Below, piece by piece: positions 58,785 to 64,000 of a DNA stretch of 64,000 bases. Each line of letters opens with the position of its first letter. The stretch's first letter is position 1. Origin of the DNA: a virus. The position numbers and the translations under genes were made by a program. The stretch lies in IMG/VR virus record IMGVR_UViG_3300020020_000002, positions 1 to 64,000 of that record; one strand, given 5' to 3'. Below the pieces are notes generated by a model that worked only from the letters and a program-made list of their open reading frames with translations, ran no database searches and had not been told where the DNA came from.

Positions 58785-60641
58785 TTAGATGCCGCTTTCG
58801 GTGGGCATCCAGACCACGTTGTCGACGTCCCGGGGATCGAACTGCAGGCCTCGATCGCGGCGCTTGACGTCGGTCATCGCGGGCTTGGGTGCTTTGCCGT
58901 GCTGGCCGGTGCGGATCTTGTGTAGCCAGATCGAGAAGCTGTCGGCGTAGTCCGGCGATCGGCCGAGCCGCTTCTTGTATTCCTTCTTGTCCTCGACTTT
59001 CAGCGTCTCCCCGGTGCCGAGCTTGTAGCGTCGGCCGACCAGCTCGCGCTCCAGCTCGGTGCTCGATGCGGTCGGGGAGATCGCGAGGTAGCCGAACTCG
59101 CCCCAGCGTGTGATCGCGAAGAGCACCTCGGAGACGAGGCCGTCGAACTGCTGCGCCGCGGTCAGGCGATCCTCTTCGAGAATACGCAGCTCGGTGGCGT
59201 CGTCGCCGAAGCGGATCCCGCTGACTTTCGGCGACCAAAAGGTGTCGGTGTGCAGGAGGAGGAACACGGGCTCGCCGTTGCCGGTCGCGTCGAGCATGAA
59301 CCACTCCGGTGCGATGCGCAGTTGCAGGCAGTGTTTTTTGAACTCGCTGGCGACGATCTCGGTGCTGCCCTTTTTGACGATGAACTGCTGGTCGAGCTGG
59401 GCCACGAGGCGCTCGCGCTTGAAGGTCACGAGCTGGCGGATCAGCTCGCCGTCGGGACCGCGCTTCATCGCGTTGAAAGCCCGGGCGAGGCCGAACCGGC
59501 CGACCGAGAAGATCGCGTCGTCGCGGCCGTCGATCGCGGTATCCCCGCCGCCGACCGTGGTGGTCGGGCCGCTGAAGATGAACTCGCCGCGCATGGCCGT
59601 CAGCACGCGCTGGGGCGTGACGGTGTTCAACGCCGAGTCGGGTGGATAGCAGCCACGGCCGAAGACGTAGGAGTGCTGCGAATTCCCGCCGTCGCGCTCC
59701 TCGTAGCCGCGGAAGGCCTCGTAGGTCTGGAACCCGGGATAGACCTCGCGGCGCTGCTCGATGTTCTCCGTTTTTTTCGGGTCGAGGCGGATCACATACC
59801 AGCCCTGCGTGGAGATCCACTCGTCGCTGCCCCGCACGCCCGTCTCGACGTCGAACTCGCCCCAGCCGCCGGGCGGCTCGGCGAAGCGCGCGGGCGGTGC
59901 CGTGATGTCCTTGGGGTTGTAAAACGCCATGACTTTCACGTGGTGCTTGTCGCCTGCTGCCTCGGCATTCGCGACGCCGGTCCAGACGCCGCCCGGGATG
60001 CCCTCGCACTCATCCAAGGCCGCCAGCACGCTCGTGGTCGCGCCAAAGATCGGGTGGGGTGGTCCGATCCTTGGCAGCGGGTGAAAGCCCTGCAGCACCT
60101 CGCTGTTGTCCTCGCCCTGCCGGATCCGCACGATCTGGATCCCGGCCCGCTTGTCGCCCTCATGGAAGGCGATTTGGTCGCTGCCGATCACGCCCGGCAT
60201 CTTGACGCAGGTCGCCTCGAAGAGCCGCTTCATCGTGCCCATGATGTTGCTCTCGGTGTGGCGGCCGGTGGTCGAGATCAGCTTGATCGTTGTGCCCTCA
60301 GGATCCTGCCACCAGCGCGTCGCGAGCCAGCAGACGGCCGTATACGTTTTGCCCTCGGCCGCGCCTCCCGGGATGATGATTTTCTGATGCGCATTGAGTC
60401 CTTTCCAGACGGTGCGGACGACGCGCGGCCGCGGGTTGAAGACGCTCTCGCCCCACAGGACCAGCCCGGCGCTGGCGGTCTTGCCTGCCATGAGCAGGCT
60501 CTGCACGTAGAGCCGGATCAGCGGCGCAGCCTCCTCGTCGGTCGTGCACGACGGGTTGAGATACTTGCCCGCCTCGGTGAGGCCGTGCGTTTCGAGGTAG
60601 CGCCGGAACTCTAGTGCACCGTTAGGCTTTTGGGTTGGCAT
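58785..60641 (-). CDS. terL: terminase large subunit
   Basis: Walker A IIPGGAAEGKTYTA, Walker B VLAALDE, nuclease-domain acidic motifs GGGDTAIDGRDD, MLDATGNG, RSPDYADS; start set at ATG 60639-60641 (MPTQKPNG..., TAATG junction with upstream stop); track start 60668 is possible. Confidence 0.85.
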   Translation of the reverse strand: MPTQKPNGALEFRRYLETHGLTEAGKYLNPSCTTDEEAAPLIRLYVQSLLMAGKTASAGLVLWGESVFNPRPRVVRTVWKGLNAHQKIIIPGGAAEGKTYTAVCWLATRWWQDPEGTTIKLISTTGRHTESNIMGTMKRLFEATCVKMPGVIGSDQIAFHEGDKRAGIQIVRIRQGEDNSEVLQGFHPLPRIGPPHPIFGATTSVLAALDECEGIPGGVWTGVANAEAAGDKHHVKVMAFYNPKDITAPPARFAEPPGGWGEFDVETGVRGSDEWISTQGWYVIRLDPKKTENIEQRREVYPGFQTYEAFRGYEERDGGNSQHSYVFGRGCYPPDSALNTVTPQRVLTAMRGEFIFSGPTTTVGGGDTAIDGRDDAIFSVGRFGLARAFNAMKRGPDGELIRQLVTFKRERLVAQLDQQFIVKKGSTEIVASEFKKHCLQLRIAPEWFMLDATGNGEPVFLLLHTDTFWSPKVSGIRFGDDATELRILEEDRLTAAQQFDGLVSEVLFAITRWGEFGYLAISPTASSTELERELVGRRYKLGTGETLKVEDKKEYKKRLGRSPDYADSFSIWLHKIRTGQHGKAPKPAMTDVKRRDRGLQFDPRDVDNVVWMPTESGI

Positions 60642-61111
60642 TAAGTATCCCAATGGGCGTGCGCCCAATCGCCCAAGCGTTCATCCATTTCGTCGTTGCT
60701 TTCAGGTGTTAGGTGCATGTCGTCGCACGCCATGTAGTAGAACTGCCGCCAGCGTTCGGCAAAGCGATTGTCGGGGTGTTTGTAGCCGAGGATTTGCGCG
60801 CCGTGCATTAGGTGCATCACGAAGTGGTGCGGCAAGCTGTCGACGGTGTGGAAAAACGCCTTCACCGCCGCGATCCAACCGTCGGTGTCGGCAAAGACGT
60901 TGAGGCCCATGAAACTGTCGGCTTTCTCGCCAAACTTGAGCAGCCGACCATATTTGGCCGCGAGGAAAACCGTGCCGCGGTAGGCACGCTGGATCTCTTT
61001 GCAAGGATGGTCCTTCGCAATTCCATCGGGGCCGCGGGCGGCGAGCAAGAGGACGCTTTGCTGTTGCAACGGCAAGGCCGTGCACCAATCGGGCTGGACT
61101 GATTTGTGCAT
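60641..61111 (-). CDS. hypothetical protein upstream of terL (156 aa)
   Basis: Trimmed to ATG 61109-61111 (MHKSVQPDWCTALPLQQQSVLLLAARGPDG...); the position could fit a small terminase but no motif supports it. Confidence 0.55.
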   Translation of the reverse strand: MHKSVQPDWCTALPLQQQSVLLLAARGPDGIAKDHPCKEIQRAYRGTVFLAAKYGRLLKFGEKADSFMGLNVFADTDGWIAAVKAFFHTVDSLPHHFVMHLMHGAQILGYKHPDNRFAERWRQFYYMACDDMHLTPESNDEMDERLGDWAHAHWDT

Positions 61112-61113
61112 AA

Positions 61114-62241
61114 TTAGAGGTTGGCACCGTCGCGGACGAGCATGATGACGCACGAGGCCTCATCGGTAAATGTGCAAAGCATATTGCGATCGGGCAGGTA
61201 GCTCATCGTGATCTCGTCGGCGGTGGAAGTGGCGATCAGCTCGGCTAGGTAGCGCGCGTTGCAGCGCAGGTGGTGGTCGGTGCCATACATCGTCGCAGCG
61301 ACCTCGTGACCTAGTTTTGCGCCGTGCTGGTTGTCGCCGATCACCTCCACGCCCATCGCCGAGAGTTTGATCGAGAGGATCCGGCCGTCTTGGAAACCGA
61401 GCGGGGCCGCGGTGCGCACGGCGCGCAGCAGTTCGTGGCGCAGGCAGGTGAAGCGGTTGGGGTAGACGACGGCGGCCGGTGGGATGACCGAGGACATGTC
61501 TGGCGGCTGGTCCTCGCTCAGCGGCAGGTGCGCCTCGGTGTCGCTGGTGATGACGTGCAGCACGCCGTCGCTGAAGCTCAAGCTGACCCGGCAGTCGTCG
61601 TCGGTCAGGATCTTTTGGATCGCGGCGATCGAGTCGTTCACGATCATGTGGCCGTTGTCCTTCGTGCCGTTCGGATTCACCGGGGCGTAGACGCCCTCGA
61701 TGTAGGCGATGTGCACCCGCTTGCGATCGACGCCGAAGAGCGTGAGGTCTTCGTTTTGCACGCGCAGGCACAGGCCGGAAAACTTGGGTTCGTGCACGGC
61801 GTTGGCGGCCGCGGGCGAGGCGATCTTGATCCACTTGAGAAGATCGCTCGCGGTGAAGCTAAGCGAGTCGCCTTCGGTGGCTGGCACTGGCGGCGGCAGC
61901 AGCTCGGCCTCGGGGAACTGATTCAGCTCGGCCTTGGTCTTGTTGCTGCGGATCACGAGCGCCTTGCCGTTGTTCTCGATCGACGTCTCTTCCCCCGGCA
62001 TGGCGAGGATCGCGTCGTGCAGGAGTTGGTAGTCGACGCCGCACTGGCCTGACTCGAAGGCCTCGCACTCGATGTCGATCGCCACCGAGGCGTGTGGGGT
62101 GGTGCGCCGTAATCGCACACTGAAGTCGTCGGATTCGATCACGACCGCCTGCGTGGCGAGGTTGGTGCTCTGGATCCCGGGCACGACCGCCAGACGAGCG
62201 AGCGCCTTGCGTAAAGTGTCGGTGTTTATGCTCAGTTTCAT
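61114..62241 (-). CDS. dnaN: DNA polymerase III beta-type sliding clamp
   Basis: 375 aa; collinear by eye with E. coli DnaN along its length (KALVIRSNKTKAELNQFPEAELLPPP vs ERMLVRSGRSRFSLSTLPAADFPNL; LFGVDRKRVHIAY vs TVATDGHRLAV; LRCNARYLAELI vs IGFNVSYVLDVL; C-terminal VIMLVR vs YVVMPMRL). Confidence 0.8.
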   Translation of the reverse strand: MKLSINTDTLRKALARLAVVPGIQSTNLATQAVVIESDDFSVRLRRTTPHASVAIDIECEAFESGQCGVDYQLLHDAILAMPGEETSIENNGKALVIRSNKTKAELNQFPEAELLPPPVPATEGDSLSFTASDLLKWIKIASPAAANAVHEPKFSGLCLRVQNEDLTLFGVDRKRVHIAYIEGVYAPVNPNGTKDNGHMIVNDSIAAIQKILTDDDCRVSLSFSDGVLHVITSDTEAHLPLSEDQPPDMSSVIPPAAVVYPNRFTCLRHELLRAVRTAAPLGFQDGRILSIKLSAMGVEVIGDNQHGAKLGHEVAATMYGTDHHLRCNARYLAELIATSTADEITMSYLPDRNMLCTFTDEASCVIMLVRDGANL

Positions 62242-62259
62242 GGGTGTTCAATCGAGATT

Positions 62260-62284
62260 TCAACTGCGTTTAAAACGCAGTTGA
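62260..62284 (+). promoter_or_regulatory. 25-nt perfect palindrome, copy 6
   Basis: Read directly; 18 nt upstream of the sliding-clamp ATG (62241). Confidence 0.9.
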
Positions 62285-62288
62285 TTTT

Positions 62289-62507
62289 TTACTTCTTGGT
62301 TTTGTTGGTTTTACGCTGGAGTGGCCGGACGAACTCGGGGATGTAGGACCGTCGCTGACGCTCGCGTGGCAGGCGGATCATCCAGCAGCCCGAGTCGCGA
62401 GCGTGCAGGTATGGGACGGTGCCGATGTAGTTGGCCGCTACCCACTGGTCCCGGGTGGGATCGTAGACCTCGCAGGCTTCGCCGATTTTTGGTTTCCAGT
62501 TGCTCAT
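62289..62507 (-). CDS. hypothetical protein (72 aa)
   Basis: Track ORF MSNWKPKIGEACEVYDPTRDQWVAANYIG...; ATGA overlap with upstream stop. Confidence 0.6.
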   Translation of the reverse strand: MSNWKPKIGEACEVYDPTRDQWVAANYIGTVPYLHARDSGCWMIRLPRERQRRSYIPEFVRPLQRKTNKTKK

Positions 62508-63244
62508 TTCTTGGATTTGGCTTTGTGGATCGCGTAGTCCTCGACGTTGCGGAGCGTGACGCGCCGGTTCTCGTCGCGCAGGATGCGACTGCTGATGCGG
62601 GCGTCCAGCTCGCGCTCGATGCCCTCGATGTCAGCGTTCGCGGTTAGGATAGTCCAGCGCCGGGCGTGCCTAGCTTCGATGATGTCGAACAGCTTGGTGG
62701 CGCTCATCTCGCGCAGCTTGGAACTCTCGGCAAGGATGTCGTCGATCGCGAGGAAGTAGTCGTTGCGATAGAATCCCATCCGCGTGTAGTCGCCGCTGTC
62801 GAGCATCTCGCGCAGAGCGACGCCCCACTCAGCGAGGCCTCCCTTCATCCGCCAGTCATTGCCATTGCCGCTGATCGCGTTGTCGCGCATGTCGCTGCGA
62901 TCGCACATGAACTCTTGGAAGAAGCGATCGACCAGCTTCGCGAGGAAACTCTTTCCGACGCCCGGGACACCGAGGATCGTCAGGCAGTAGGGCGTGCGGT
63001 CGTTATACATGTCCTCCAGAAATTGCGCGACTAGGTTGCGCGCCTTCACGAGGTCAGGGCAGTAGGCGTCGAACGATTTCAGCGGGTGCTTGATCGCGCT
63101 GGCGGCAGTCCACTGCGTGCCGTCCTTACGCGTCCTCCACGCCTTTGTAGATTCCTTGCCGCATGTGGGTGGAGTTGCGAGGATTTTGGGCAGCAGCTTT
63201 TTGGGTTCCGTTGGTTCTTTCATGGGTAGTTTTGACGATCTCAT
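62504..63244 (-). CDS. DnaC/IstB-like AAA+ helicase loader
   Basis: Walker A ILGVPGVGKSFLA, Walker B YFLAIDDI, sensor region WTILTAN; start uncertain (63244, or ATG at 63223) because it overlaps the initiator 3' end. Confidence 0.75.
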   Translation of the reverse strand: MRSSKLPMKEPTEPKKLLPKILATPPTCGKESTKAWRTRKDGTQWTAASAIKHPLKSFDAYCPDLVKARNLVAQFLEDMYNDRTPYCLTILGVPGVGKSFLAKLVDRFFQEFMCDRSDMRDNAISGNGNDWRMKGGLAEWGVALREMLDSGDYTRMGFYRNDYFLAIDDILAESSKLREMSATKLFDIIEARHARRWTILTANADIEGIERELDARISSRILRDENRRVTLRNVEDYAIHKAKSKK

Positions 63245-63881
63245 CTTGCCAGCGGCCTTGGTTGAGCCACGTGGCTGGGTGTGGAATGAAGCGGGGCTCT
63301 TCGGTGCGGAACATGCCAGCGCGCTTCTGCTCGGCGAGCGCGGGCAGGATGACGTCGGCCTTGTTGTCGAGGTTCATGCGCGTCCACGAGCGCAGCGCGG
63401 CGTCCTTGCCGGTGTGGCGTGGGTAGAGGCGGTAGAAGGCCTCGAAGGGTGGTTCTGGAGGATTACCGTCGGCATCGCCGAACTCGCTGTCAGGCGCGCC
63501 AGCGCCGGTAGTGTTATTTTTGCGGTTAGCTTTATTGGTTAAGCATGGTGGCCGCACGGGTGCGGCTAGGGTGGCCGCAGAGCTTTGCGGCTGGGGTGGC
63601 CGCACTGGTGCGGCTACCCCGGGGAGCAAATAGGCGTTGGAGGTCTTGTCGCCTTTGTCGCTAGTGCGGGGCTCCTTGATGAGCAAACCGCGCTCGCAAA
63701 GGAGCGCGATCTTGCGGTCCACGGTGTCGACTGTGCGGTCGATGTATTCGGCCAGACGCTTGCGGCCGGGCCAGCAAACGCCGTCGTGATTGCAGTGGTT
63801 AGCGATGCCGATGAGCAACAGCTTAGCGATAGGGTCGCCGACCTTTTGTTTGAATGCCCACGTCAGTGCTTCGACGCTCAT
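63126..63881 (-). CDS. replication initiator/organiser with N-terminal winged-HTH
   Basis: Trimmed to ATG 63879-63881 (MSVEALTWAFKQKVGDPIAKLLLIGIANHCNHDGVCWPGRKRLAEYIDRTVDTVDRKIALLCERGLLI = HTH_36-like); C-terminal FIPHPATWLNQGRWQDE as in phage O/DnaD-like proteins; iterons lie inside its linker. Confidence 0.7.
   Translation of the reverse strand: MSVEALTWAFKQKVGDPIAKLLLIGIANHCNHDGVCWPGRKRLAEYIDRTVDTVDRKIALLCERGLLIKEPRTSDKGDKTSNAYLLPGVAAPVRPPQPQSSAATLAAPVRPPCLTNKANRKNNTTGAGAPDSEFGDADGNPPEPPFEAFYRLYPRHTGKDAALRSWTRMNLDNKADVILPALAEQKRAGMFRTEEPRFIPHPATWLNQGRWQDEIVKTTHERTNGTQKAAAQNPRNSTHMRQGIYKGVEDA
63509..63546. other. AT-rich block adjacent to iterons (candidate unwinding element)
   Basis: TAGTGTTATTTTTGCGGTTAGCTTTATTGGTTAAGCA stands out in GC-rich DNA; encodes the N/K-rich linker TNKANRKNNT of the initiator. 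Confidence 0.45.
63547..63617. repeat. three tandem ~24-bp iteron-like repeats, each an inverted repeat (candidate origin)
   Basis: GGTGGCCGCACGGGTGCGGCTAG / GGTGGCCGCAGAGCTTTGCGGCTGG / GGTGGCCGCACTGGTGCGGCTAC at 63547, 63570, 63595; GCCGCAC/GTGCGGC dyads; inside the initiator gene. Confidence 0.55.
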
Positions 63882-64000
63882 GTTGGTAGAAAAAAATACC
63901 CGCCCCCGGTGGTCGAAAGCTTGCACACGATCGACCGCCCGAGGACGGGCGTTATGGCAACAATTGGTATACGCGGTGCAAGGCGCGCCCGGCCTCGTGC

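Noticed and set aside
1-64000. Prophage boundaries, integrase/att sites, diversity-generating retroelement, lysis cassette (holin/endolysin)
   Set aside because: No recombinase, reverse transcriptase, template/variable repeat pair, or muramidase/amidase motif was recognisable. I cannot tell whether this is an integrated or free phage genome.

Overview
High-GC, 64-kb segment of a tailed dsDNA phage or prophage. Every gene I can support (about 105 CDS) is on the minus strand, so transcription runs right to left. Many junctions are ATGA or TGATG stop/start overlaps. Most plus-strand and many alternative-frame ORFs in the track are R/P/A-rich shadows typical of high-GC DNA. I trimmed many track ORFs to internal ATGs where composition changes and a stop/start overlap fits.

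Gene order in the direction of transcription:
- wHTH replication initiator carrying an internal iteron plus AT-rich ori-like block, then a DnaC-like loader
- sliding clamp and large terminase
- about 19 kb of roughly 60 small genes (XRE and other HTH proteins, Zn-ribbons, a KTSC protein, a stand-alone NrdJ C-terminal/TSCPD-like protein)
- portal and a scaffold-like protein
- a glycosyltransferase-like cluster, then the major capsid candidate
- tail/adaptor proteins and a tail-collar fibre
- internal/ejection proteins, including a 2768-codon multidomain giant ORF
- collagen-like fibre, GT4 glycosyltransferase, HNH-like protein, and more small genes

The structural order and the lack of a tape-measure gene look podovirus-like.

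Signals not explained by the genes:
- six identical 25-nt palindromes with oriented flanks at module boundaries
- a family of at least 8 near-identical promoter cassettes that predict leaderless mRNAs, six of them starting Met-Ser-Asn
- a four-fold (F/Y/L)MPGGG(E/D) motif delimiting modules of the giant protein
- two places where the coding signal leaves the giant ORF frame
- tRNA T-arm-like hairpins
- a capsid N-terminal paralog with a Tat-like signal

I found no rRNA, tRNA, CRISPR array, integrase, DNA polymerase, RNA polymerase or endolysin. All domain calls come from motif recognition by eye and need HMM or structure confirmation.
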